Source: an uncultured Chloroflexia bacterium
GTDB taxonomy: Bacteria; Chloroflexota; Limnocylindria; Limnocylindrales; CSP1-4
Direction of reading: 5' to 3'
Assembly: GCA_963713975.1 (NCBI GenBank)
Contig: OY970218.1
Span: 1,952,001-2,016,000, forward strand
Length of the DNA: 64,000 nt
A program made the translations under genes and the position numbers. Positions 56,317 to 64,000 of this stretch are shown in pieces (within the stretch, counting starts at the first letter, position 1; every line of letters begins with the position of its first letter). Below the pieces are notes generated by a model. It searched no databases. It worked only from the letters and a program-made list of their open reading frames with translations, and was not told the DNA's origin.

Positions 56317-57276
56317 TCAGCCTGCAAGCAGCAGGCGGGCGGTGTCCTCGGTGGTGACGAGGCGATGGATGAGGCCGCTCCGGAGCGCTGCCCGGATGGC
56401 GGGGACCTTGCCGGCCCCGTCGGCGACGGCGATGACGTCGGGGACCCTGCGCAGCTGGTCCTCGCGGATGGCGATACAGCGGTCCGGCAGGCCGGCGGCC
56501 GCGACCGGGCTGCCGTTCGCATCGAGCACGATCGAGCACAGGTCAGCGACGCCGCCCGCGCCATCCACGGCCCTGGCATCGTCCGGGGAGAGGGCCGCGC
56601 GGATCGTCGACCCGCCCGGGAGCCATGCCCCGATGCCTACGGCCGCACGAGTGAGGGAGTCGAACATGCCCACGCTCTTGGACGCCATCGCGTCCTGCAT
56701 CAAGGCCTGGGCCATATCCGGGTCCTGCACGAGCAGGGGAACATGAAGTGGGAAGACCGGCCCCGTCGCCCGCTCCGCGATGCGACGCACGAGCTCCAGG
56801 GAGTTCACGTCCAGCTCGAGGGTCGGGACGCTGCCAACGAGCTGGACGACCGAGCAGGCGGGCAGGCGTGGCAGCTGCTCAACCATCGCGTGCAGCGTTC
56901 GACCCCACGAGATCCCCAGGACATCCGAGGCCTCGAGCGTGTCGGCGAGGACGGCTGCTGCGGCACGGCCCAACTGGGCCGCGCGGAGCTCGTCAGGGCC
57001 CGCAATAGTGCGGACGACGACGGCGCCGCGGATCCCGTGCCTCCGGGCGACCTCGTCCGCGAGCGCGAGGTCCAGCTCCGGGAGCGGGTCGATGTCGATC
57101 CGGACGATCCCGTCGCGGCGGGCCTGCTCCAGCAGCCGGGCGACCCTGAAGCGCGAGATGCCGAGCTCGGCCGCGATCTCGCTCTTGCTGGCGCCGTCGA
57201 GGTAGTAGCGCCGGCAGGCCAGCACCGTGTTGACGAGGTGCAGGCGCGATGCCGGGGCGTGGGTCTCGGAGACCAT
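56317..57276 (-). CDS. SorC/DeoR family sugar-binding transcriptional regulator
   Basis: YYLDGASKSEIAAELGISRFRVARLL, GISWGRTL, VQLVG, GIG, KVPAIRAAL, LVT. Confidence 0.9.
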   Translation of the reverse strand: MVSETHAPASRLHLVNTVLACRRYYLDGASKSEIAAELGISRFRVARLLEQARRDGIVRIDIDPLPELDLALADEVARRHGIRGAVVVRTIAGPDELRAAQLGRAAAAVLADTLEASDVLGISWGRTLHAMVEQLPRLPACSVVQLVGSVPTLELDVNSLELVRRIAERATGPVFPLHVPLLVQDPDMAQALMQDAMASKSVGMFDSLTRAAVGIGAWLPGGSTIRAALSPDDARAVDGAGGVADLCSIVLDANGSPVAAAGLPDRCIAIREDQLRRVPDVIAVADGAGKVPAIRAALRSGLIHRLVTTEDTARLLLAG

Positions 57277-57282
57277 GCGTTG

Positions 57283-57311
57283 ATCCTACGACTCAATCAA
57301 ATGAGCGTCAA
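57283..57311 (-). promoter_or_regulatory. sigma70 promoter, probably leaderless
   Basis: Minus strand TTGACG (57311-57306), 17 bp, TAGGAT (57288-57283), 6 nt, ATG 57276; no SD. Confidence 0.7.
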
Positions 57312-57326
57312 GTGCTCAAACGAGCG
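57297..57326. promoter_or_regulatory. Tandem putative SorC operator sites
   Basis: TCAAAYGAGCG at 57297-57307 and 57316-57326 (second lies in dyad GCTC-AAAC-GAGC), on either side of the -35 box. Confidence 0.55.
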
Positions 57327-57661
57327 ATTCAGGTATCGCAACGTCCGCGCTGGTCCGGTCGGGCGAGGTCAGTGGCGTCGGTCACGCAAGACGACCGCGG
57401 AGCCCGGTTGCCAGGTCCCGGCCGCCGAGCGTCCGCAACTGCTCGTGACCAGTCTCATGGTCACAAGCGTGGCGCTCAACGCCCCGCAGGCAGGTCGTCG
57501 AGCACGACAGCATTCCCTACGGCGTGGGCGCCTTAGTGTCCCGGTTCGCAAGTCGTTCGCGGGCTGGCAAGAGCCTGAGCCCGTCGTATCACGGCTGGTG
57601 ATCTGGAGCCGTTGAGCCTGACCGCCAGCGCCATCTCACCAGCGATCAGCGGTGCGGGACC

Positions 57662-59986
57662 CTAGCTCGCTGCGCGGATCAGCTGCGCCAGTGCGTCCCG
57701 GTCGGCCGCCAGGAGCTCGGCGATCCGCGCCGGGTTCACGTCCGCCACGATGATCTGGCCGACCTCCGTGCTGACGTCGCCGTAGATCCCCTGCGCCTGC
57801 ATCCGTTCGGTCTGGATCTGGTTGTCCGCCGTGGGGCTCACGTAGTGGACCGTGTCCGCCCGGTAGCGGTGGATCAGGTACAGGTGGATCAGTGTCATGA
57901 GGCGCTTGCGGCGCAGAGACGGGTCGAAGGTGTCCTGGTCGCGCACCGACAGGATGGAGCGGCCGCGCCGGTCGTGGATGGGCGCGAAGACCACGGCCGC
58001 CAGCTTCTCGTCGCGGCCGTCGACCAGGCACAGCTCCAGCAGCTCGGAGCCGGCGCGGTGCGGGAGCAGCCGGACCCGGAGCCGGCCATCGACCCCGTTG
58101 TGGTCCGCCCACAGGGCGAGCCACTCCTCGAGGAGCTTCTTGGGCACCTCGGTCGTGATGGCGTGCTGATGCTGCGTGGATCCCTTGCCCATCGCCATCG
58201 TCGTGGCCGTCCGGCCCGACGAGGCGAGGAGCGCCGCGTCCAGTCGCGGGCCGCCGACCAGCGTCTGGGGCGTCCGGTATGGCGACTCGACGAGGCGGAT
58301 CTTCCGCTGGAGCCGGGCCAGGGCGAGCATCCCCTCTTCGCGCAGCGAGGTGGCGAACTCCTCGGATGCAACGCCGTCGAGCTGGTGTCCACCGTACGTG
58401 ATGAAGTTGAAGACGAAGCCCATCTTCCCGAGCTCCTCGGGGAAGCGGCGCATGTCGTCGTCACTCATGCCCGTCGAGTCCCAGTTGAAGGACGGCGAGA
58501 GGTTGTACGCGAGCATCTGGTCAGGGAATACCGCATGGATGGCGTCTGCGAACTGTCGCGCGTCCTCGAGGTCCGCCGTCTTCGTCTCCATCCACAGCAG
58601 GTCCGCGAACGGCGCCGCGGCCAGCGACTTGGCGATGGCGTACGGGATCCCGCCCTGGACCTGGTAGTAGCCCTCGGGCGTCGTGGCGAGCTCCGGGTCC
58701 CAGGCCACCTCGAGGCCTATCGACCGGACCCGCTCACGTGCGACCGCGTGCGACGCGTTCCGCGCGAACGCGAGCCACGCATCCGCGGTGAGCCCGTGCG
58801 CCGCGCCTTCGGCCTCGGTCTCGCGCTGGCGGAGGTGGTCAGCGACGGCATCGGCGTAGGTCGCGAGGCCTGCCTCGCCCTCCCAGACCCCGAGGAACGC
58901 TTCGGCCGTGCGCTCGAAGACCAGGTCCACGTCTGCTCCGGCGAGGATCTCGGTTGTGGCGGCCGCCGACACCGTGGCCGCGAGGCCGGTCCGTGCCAGC
59001 CACGCATCTGCGGCCCTGTACTCGCCCTCGGTGATTGCGTAGGACAGGTGTCCGTTGAGCTCGTCGACGCCGGCTGCGTGGAAGGCGCGCAGGACCGCGA
59101 GGTACGCGATCCTGTAGGAGGGGACATCGAGGTTGGTCACGCCCAGGATGAACGGCTGGTCGCGCTCGTCGGCACGGCTCTCGAGGAGGTTCGCGGCCTC
59201 GGCGTCCGTGCGGGCCACGATGATCCCCGGCACGCGCATGACGTCGAGCTGGAAGCGCGCGGCGTTTAGGCGCTTGATCTGCTCGTTGGAGCTCACCAGC
59301 ACCTTGCCGCCCTGGTGGCCGCACTTCTTGGTGCCGGGCCGCTGGTCCTCGATGTGGTAGCCGGGGACGCCGGCCTCCACGAACCGCCGCACGAGATTGC
59401 GTACATGGGGGTCGCCGCCATGCCCAGTGTCCGCGTCCGCGATGATGAACGGCCGGTAGTCCACGGCCGGCGTCAAGGCGCGCTGGGCCTCGGTCATTCG
59501 CGAGCGCAGGTACTGCTGGTTGCGGTCCGCGGTCAGGAGGGCGCGCACGAGAGCCGCGGCCTCGTCCGGGACCTGGGAGAGGGGGTAGGACGCCAGGTCG
59601 GGGCCGGGATCCTCGGTCGCGGAGCCCTTGGCGGAGGTGGCCCAGCCGCCGAGGTAGATCCCCTCGATGCCCAATCGCTTGATCACCACGGCCTGCCCGG
59701 GCGAGTACGGCCCGAACGTCGTGATGCTCCGGCGCTGCGCGAAGAGCTCGCGCAGGCGAGCGTGGAACGCCGACGCGGCCTCGCGGGCCACGGAGTGGTC
59801 CGTGGCGATGGTGCCCCGCTGCTCCACGACCTGGCGTGCGGCGTGGAGGCGAGTGATGCCTGCGAACCTCGTGTCCGCGAACCAGGCACGGGTCGCGGCG
59901 ACGTCCTCGTCGAAGGGCGTGGGCCCGGACGTGGCCGGGCCGGGCACGCCGGTGGCGTCGGTCGGTGGGAGGGCGGGGGCGGTCAT
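57662..59986 (-). CDS. aceA: Isocitrate lyase, large ICL2-type with C-terminal extra domain
   Basis: [24 protein letters not shown], catalytic [24 protein letters not shown]; C-terminal [20 protein letters not shown] domain; 774 aa. Confidence 0.93.
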   Translation of the reverse strand: MTAPALPPTDATGVPGPATSGPTPFDEDVAATRAWFADTRFAGITRLHAARQVVEQRGTIATDHSVAREAASAFHARLRELFAQRRSITTFGPYSPGQAVVIKRLGIEGIYLGGWATSAKGSATEDPGPDLASYPLSQVPDEAAALVRALLTADRNQQYLRSRMTEAQRALTPAVDYRPFIIADADTGHGGDPHVRNLVRRFVEAGVPGYHIEDQRPGTKKCGHQGGKVLVSSNEQIKRLNAARFQLDVMRVPGIIVARTDAEAANLLESRADERDQPFILGVTNLDVPSYRIAYLAVLRAFHAAGVDELNGHLSYAITEGEYRAADAWLARTGLAATVSAAATTEILAGADVDLVFERTAEAFLGVWEGEAGLATYADAVADHLRQRETEAEGAAHGLTADAWLAFARNASHAVARERVRSIGLEVAWDPELATTPEGYYQVQGGIPYAIAKSLAAAPFADLLWMETKTADLEDARQFADAIHAVFPDQMLAYNLSPSFNWDSTGMSDDDMRRFPEELGKMGFVFNFITYGGHQLDGVASEEFATSLREEGMLALARLQRKIRLVESPYRTPQTLVGGPRLDAALLASSGRTATTMAMGKGSTQHQHAITTEVPKKLLEEWLALWADHNGVDGRLRVRLLPHRAGSELLELCLVDGRDEKLAAVVFAPIHDRRGRSILSVRDQDTFDPSLRRKRLMTLIHLYLIHRYRADTVHYVSPTADNQIQTERMQAQGIYGDVSTEVGQIIVADVNPARIAELLAADRDALAQLIRAAS

Positions 59987-60002
59987 GGTGGGCGACTCCA
60001 GC

Positions 60003-61901
60003 TCAGGCGGGGATGGGTTCGACGTCGAAGTCGGGGTTTGCGGTCAGGCGGGCGCCCGCTCGCTCGAGTGCGGTCATGTACGCCGCAATCCGCTCGCGCG
60101 CGACCGCGATGTCGTTCGAGCCGAGCTCCAGGTTGAGCAGGTCGACGTACCAGGGCGGCTTGGTGTCGGTGAGGACGTACGCCTCCACGATCTCCCGCGC
60201 GACCGGCAGCGTGGCCACCTTGGAGTCGTCGTGGACGTCGCGGTTGTCGGCCGCCAGCAGCTTGGCGTGCTCCTCGTCGAGCAGCCGGGAGAACAGCGCC
60301 GTCGTCAGCGGGTCGCCGGCGCGGATGCCGGTGCCGGGGTCGGGCTCGGTGAATGGCGCGGCCTTGTGGAGCCACTCCCAGAGGATCGAGAGCCGGATCT
60401 CGCCTGTCGCCATGTCCTCCATCAGATAGAGGACATCGTCGTCGCCGAAGAAGTCGGCGGGCTTGAGCGCCGCCGCCTGGAAGCCTCGCAGGAACGCGTT
60501 CCCGTATTGCAGCCCGACAGAGAGCAGATCCCGGGCACCGCGCACGGATCGCGGGGCGGGCTCGAGGGCGGTGAGCGCAGCGGCGTCCTCAGGCGTGTGG
60601 GTGAGGGCTGGGAACACGCGTCCCAGCTGGTTGTCCTCGCCGGCGCGCTCCCAGACGGGGCGGACGATGTGGACCATCTTCCAGTGGGCGACCCACTTGC
60701 CCGATGCTCCCTCGCGCTGTTCCCGCTGGGCGCCGGCAAGGGCCTTGCGCATGGCCGCCTCCACGCCCACCGCGGAGCCGACGGGGATCTGGGCCTCCAT
60801 GCCGCCCTGCCACAGCGCGAACCTGCCGTCGCGGTCCGGCGTGTTCACGGCGCGCCGAACGCGGTCCTCGTACGCGCGCATGTACGAGTAGGTCATGCCG
60901 ACCGCGTCGATATTCGGGTTGGCGAACGACGGGTCGCCGTGGCGGGCATCCGCGACCGAGTTGATGTAGTCCCAGCGCCCGGTGTTGTACCCGACGAAAT
61001 GGACCCCGAGCGCGGCCCGGATCTCGAGCAGTTGAAACGAGGCCTCCAGCTGCTCCACGAGGACGTAGACGCGGATCGTCCCGGCCGGCAGACCCAGCTG
61101 CACCTCGAGGGCGTCGAGGATCTCGGCCCACAACGCGGCCTCCCCGGCGGTCTGGATCTTGGGCAGGTAGAGGACGATCGAGCGCCCCTCTTCGCACAGG
61201 GTCGCGCCGTTCGCCGTCAGGTAGAGAACGGTGTCCACGATGGACGCCGAGAGCCCGGTCCCATCGGACCAGCGGACGTGGCGGTCGTCCAGGTGCAGGC
61301 CTCGGGCCCGGAAGATCCGCGTCGTGACGGCGAGCTGGGCCCGCGGGTCGTCGACGATCCGGCGCCCCAGGAATCCCTCCGCCCAGGTGTTCATCTCGCC
61401 GGCGACCTCCTCGGCTACGCGGAGGAACCGCGGGTCCATCGCGAACGCGAGCCGCAGGTTGCGCTGGTTGTCGAGCGACATCGTGTCGATCTGGCCCAAG
61501 GCGTCCTCGCCGTCGAACATCCAGCCGTCGGCGCCCGAGAGCAGCGCGTAGGCGACGTTGCGCAGCCCCTGCTCGACCGTGGCGCGCGGGCGGGCCGCGG
61601 GCCCGGTGCCCTGGATCCACTGACGGCGCAGGTCGCCCGGGATCGGCCCGCCGGTGAAGCGCCCGGCGCGGGCATCGGCGACACGGATGGACGTGCGTGG
61701 GATCAGCGTCTCCCCGCCGAGGAAGGCCAGGGGTTCGCCGGTCGCCGCGCGGTGCTGCCGACGCACCATGCGGGCCGCCATGAGATCGCGCCGGGCCTCG
61801 TCAAGCGGGGCGAGGGCATCGAGCACGTCCAGCGCGGCCGGCGTCAGGACGTCGGCGTACGCGGGCAGGACGCCGGATCGGATCTCGAGGGTGGCTCGCA
61901 T
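60003..61901 (-). CDS. aceB: Malate synthase (divergent type)
   Basis: [66 protein letters not shown]. Confidence 0.9.
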   Translation of the reverse strand: MRATLEIRSGVLPAYADVLTPAALDVLDALAPLDEARRDLMAARMVRRQHRAATGEPLAFLGGETLIPRTSIRVADARAGRFTGGPIPGDLRRQWIQGTGPAARPRATVEQGLRNVAYALLSGADGWMFDGEDALGQIDTMSLDNQRNLRLAFAMDPRFLRVAEEVAGEMNTWAEGFLGRRIVDDPRAQLAVTTRIFRARGLHLDDRHVRWSDGTGLSASIVDTVLYLTANGATLCEEGRSIVLYLPKIQTAGEAALWAEILDALEVQLGLPAGTIRVYVLVEQLEASFQLLEIRAALGVHFVGYNTGRWDYINSVADARHGDPSFANPNIDAVGMTYSYMRAYEDRVRRAVNTPDRDGRFALWQGGMEAQIPVGSAVGVEAAMRKALAGAQREQREGASGKWVAHWKMVHIVRPVWERAGEDNQLGRVFPALTHTPEDAAALTALEPAPRSVRGARDLLSVGLQYGNAFLRGFQAAALKPADFFGDDDVLYLMEDMATGEIRLSILWEWLHKAAPFTEPDPGTGIRAGDPLTTALFSRLLDEEHAKLLAADNRDVHDDSKVATLPVAREIVEAYVLTDTKPPWYVDLLNLELGSNDIAVARERIAAYMTALERAGARLTANPDFDVEPIPA

Positions 61902-61909
61902 CGGGTGGT

Positions 61910-62101
61910 CTACTCGTTCTCGTGGTCGCGCAGGCAGTCGGCGGGACAGCCGCACTCGGCGGCAAGCGCGAGCGAGACGACCGGATTGAAGCGCTGGGCG
62001 GCAATGGTCCAACCCCAGGGCGCGATCGTCAGGCCGGGGGCGGGCCAGGCGGTGGCGGCGGGTTCGGGCTGGGCGCGGCGGGGTTCGGGCTGCTTCGGCA
62101 T
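61910..62101 (-). CDS. 63-aa microprotein with C-terminal CxCPxxCxRDHENE motif
   Basis: GAAGGAG RBS before ATG 62101; TAG ends 8 nt before the malate synthase ATG. Confidence 0.65.
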   Translation of the reverse strand: MPKQPEPRRAQPEPAATAWPAPGLTIAPWGWTIAAQRFNPVVSLALAAECGCPADCLRDHENE

Positions 62102-62188
62102 CGTGGGGGCTCCTTCCGTCGGGTTCGCGGGAGCCGTATCCTGCACGGAGTCCGGTACATCAGTCCAATCGAATGATACGATCAGGTA

Positions 62189-62205
62189 CATCAACTCCAT
62201 TGATG
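62189..62205. promoter_or_regulatory. LysR-type binding box
   Basis: Dyad CATCAA-CTCCA-TTGATG containing T-N11-A, in AT-rich DNA between the LysR gene and the divergent operon. Confidence 0.65.
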
Positions 62206-62221
62206 AAGCGGACCACGAACC

Positions 62222-63136
62222 GTGCTTGTCGCCCAGTTGGAGGGTTTCCTCGAGACCGCCCGCCAACGCAACCTCAGCCGTGCGGCGGACGCGCTCCACG
62301 TGACCCAGCCGGCGCTCACCGCTCGCCTCAAGGGTCTCGAGGAGGAACTCGGCTCGCTGCTGTTCGAGCGGTCCCACCGCGGCATGCGCCTGACCGCGGT
62401 CGGTGCTGCCTTCCTCCCGTTCGTGGAGCGCGCGCTCGCCGCGATGGACGAGGGCCGGACCACCGTTGCCGAGCACGCGAGCGGGTCCGCCGGGCAACTC
62501 ACCATCGGCACGGTGCCCGCCGTGGGCACATACGTGCTGCCGGGGCTCCTCGCCCGGTACGTGGAGCGATTGCCCGCCGTCCGCCTCACGGTCCGCACCG
62601 GCCATTCTGAGGAGATCGTCGAGGCGACGGCACGAGGCGAGCTGGACATCGGTCTCATCCGGGAGCTCAAGCACCCGGGCGTCGAGGCGAGCGTGCTCTA
62701 CGAGGACGAGCTCATTCTTGTCGTGCCGCCGGCTCACGACTTCGCCCACCAGGAAGTCCTGGACCTCGCGCGCCTCGCCGAGGCGACGCTGATCCTGTTC
62801 GACCGGACCTCCTCCTACTACGACCTCACGAACGCCGCCTTCCGTGCTGCCGGGGTCGCGCCGCGCGGCACGATCTCACTCGACAACATCGAGGCCGCCA
62901 AGCAGATGGTCCGCCAGGGCCTGGGGGTCGCCCTCCTGCCGCACACCGCCATCGCCGGTGATGTCGCTCGCGGCACGCTCAAGGCCGTGGGCCTGCGCGG
63001 CGTCCGGCCGATGCGCCGCCGGATCATCGCGGTCCGGCGGTCGGGATCCGTGCCGACGGCTGCGCTCGATGCGTTCCTCGAGGTATTGGGCCATATCCCC
63101 GAGATCCTCCCCAGCCGCGGGACAATCCTCGCGTAG
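62222..63136 (+). CDS. LysR family transcriptional regulator
   Basis: QLEGF..TA...NLSRAADALHVTQPALT.RLK.LEEELG..LFERS HTH; C-terminal substrate-binding domain. Confidence 0.93.
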   Translation: MLVAQLEGFLETARQRNLSRAADALHVTQPALTARLKGLEEELGSLLFERSHRGMRLTAVGAAFLPFVERALAAMDEGRTTVAEHASGSAGQLTIGTVPAVGTYVLPGLLARYVERLPAVRLTVRTGHSEEIVEATARGELDIGLIRELKHPGVEASVLYEDELILVVPPAHDFAHQEVLDLARLAEATLILFDRTSSYYDLTNAAFRAAGVAPRGTISLDNIEAAKQMVRQGLGVALLPHTAIAGDVARGTLKAVGLRGVRPMRRRIIAVRRSGSVPTAALDAFLEVLGHIPEILPSRGTILA

Positions 63137-63144
63137 CGGGCCGT

Positions 63145-63181
63145 CGGCGCCCGCGCCACTGGGCGCCGGTCGCGGGCGCCG
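63145..63181 (+). terminator. Putative terminator hairpin after LysR
   Basis: CGGCGCCCGCG...CGCGGGCGCCG 11-bp stem. Confidence 0.4.
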
Positions 63182-63283
63182 TGAATCCGGCCCGGGCGGG
63201 CTTCCGCGTCGCCTACGCAGCCGCGAGCGACCGGTGGCGGATCGGCCATGTGCTCGACGCCCCAGGCGAGAGGCAACGGTCTC

Positions 63284-63312
63284 TTGCACTTGACCCTCAA
63301 CCCGCGCATACT
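63284..63312 (+). promoter_or_regulatory. Putative sigma70 promoter
   Basis: TTGCAC, 17 bp, CATACT upstream of the PHP-domain gene. Confidence 0.5.
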
Positions 63313-63399
63313 GGCAAGCAATCGCAAACATCCGTAAGTACTGTGCTCCAGCCGGCTGCACGAACCCGGCGGGCCTGACCAGAAGGATCGGACGAGCAG

Positions 63400-64000
63400 A
63401 TGTACCACGGCGACCCGGCGCCCGGCGGCCACCAGGGGTCGACGGTCCACCCCATCGTCAACACGCACGTGCACCTGCCGCCCAACTTCTCGGCGTTCAC
63501 CACGGCCGAGGACGCCGTCGCCGCGGCCGCTGCCGAAGGTGTCCGCGTGCTTGGCGCATCGAACTTCCACGACCACCGGGTCTACGCCAGGTTCGACGTC
63601 GCCGCCCGTGCCGCGGGGATCCTCCCGCTGTTCGGCCTGGAGTTCATCAGCGTCCTGCCGGAGCTGGTGGATGCGGCGGTCAGGGTGAACGACCCGGGCA
63701 ATCCCGGCCGCGTCTACCTCTGCGGCAAGGGGATCAGCCCGTTCGCGGAACCCACGCCGGTGGCCCGCGAGATCGCCGGTGCGGCGCGGGTCGCCGACGA
63801 GGTGCGGGCGCGCGAGATCACCCAGCGTCTGCGCGACCACTTCGCGGACCATGGACTGCGGACGGCGATCGACGACCAGGTGATCATCGATGACGTTGCC
63901 GAGCGCGCCGGGGTCCCGAGGGAGTGGGTCGTACTCCAGGAGCGCCACATCGCCATGGCCTTCCAGGAGGCGCTGTTCCTCCAGGTCGCTCCCGAGCGGC
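63400..64000 (+). CDS. PHP-domain metal-dependent hydrolase (partial, runs off window end)
   Basis: Missing from the ORF track (no stop in window); MYHGD...VNTHVHLPPNFSAF...GVRVLGASNFHD...LFGLEF...NDPGNPGRVYLCGKG. Confidence 0.7.
   Translation, partial: MYHGDPAPGGHQGSTVHPIVNTHVHLPPNFSAFTTAEDAVAAAAAEGVRVLGASNFHDHRVYARFDVAARAAGILPLFGLEFISVLPELVDAAVRVNDPGNPGRVYLCGKGISPFAEPTPVAREIAGAARVADEVRAREITQRLRDHFADHGLRTAIDDQVIIDDVAERAGVPREWVVLQERHIAMAFQEALFLQVAPER

Noticed and set aside
53182-57615. 1477-aa plus-strand ORF
   Set aside because: Antisense shadow of the E2, E1 and SorC genes, which carry all the motifs; stop-poor reverse frames are expected at this GC.
1-64000. tRNA, rRNA, IS elements, integrases, prophage
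   Set aside because: None recognised by eye in ORFs or intergenic gaps; tRNAscan, Rfam and ISEScan runs would be needed to exclude them formally.

Overview
A very GC-rich, gene-dense bacterial chromosomal segment with about 57 CDS. I found no rRNA, tRNA, CRISPR array, transposase or phage module. GC content, ATEAP-repeat lipoprotein linkers and gene content suggest a monoderm Chloroflexota- or Actinomycetota-like organism (inference only). In order along the window: (1) a ~19-kb sugar or amino-sugar catabolic region with three Gfo/Idh/MocA dehydrogenases, an IolE-like TIM barrel, DeoC, SIS, a CUT2 ABC transporter, three ROK proteins, GntR, a URO-D-like protein, NagA and NagB. (2) An old-yellow-enzyme/AraC/GNAT block. 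(3) A phosphotriesterase/FAD-oxidoreductase/aldolase/SDR operon. (4) A secreted C39-like peptidase, then hypFCDE. (5) An SF2 helicase, NCS1 transporter, aldo/keto reductase and proline iminopeptidase. (6) A respiratory operon with no catalytic subunit: small membrane protein, Cys-rich pseudo-receiver LuxR, hexaheme cytochrome, Tat Fe-S protein, NrfD and pentaheme cytochrome. (7) mtnA divergent from a single-chain PreT-PreA dihydropyrimidine dehydrogenase. (8) PucR-DAGK, then a SorC-led operon with fused E1 alpha-beta and E2. (9) A glyoxylate-shunt operon (malate synthase plus ICL2-type isocitrate lyase), divergent from a LysR and headed by a 63-aa Cys-motif microprotein. (10) A truncated PHP-domain gene. 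The best candidates for new biology are the orphan multiheme/NrfCD module with its atypical regulator, the Cys microprotein, the fused DPD and two structured 5' leaders. All product calls rest on motifs read by eye; no database search was run.
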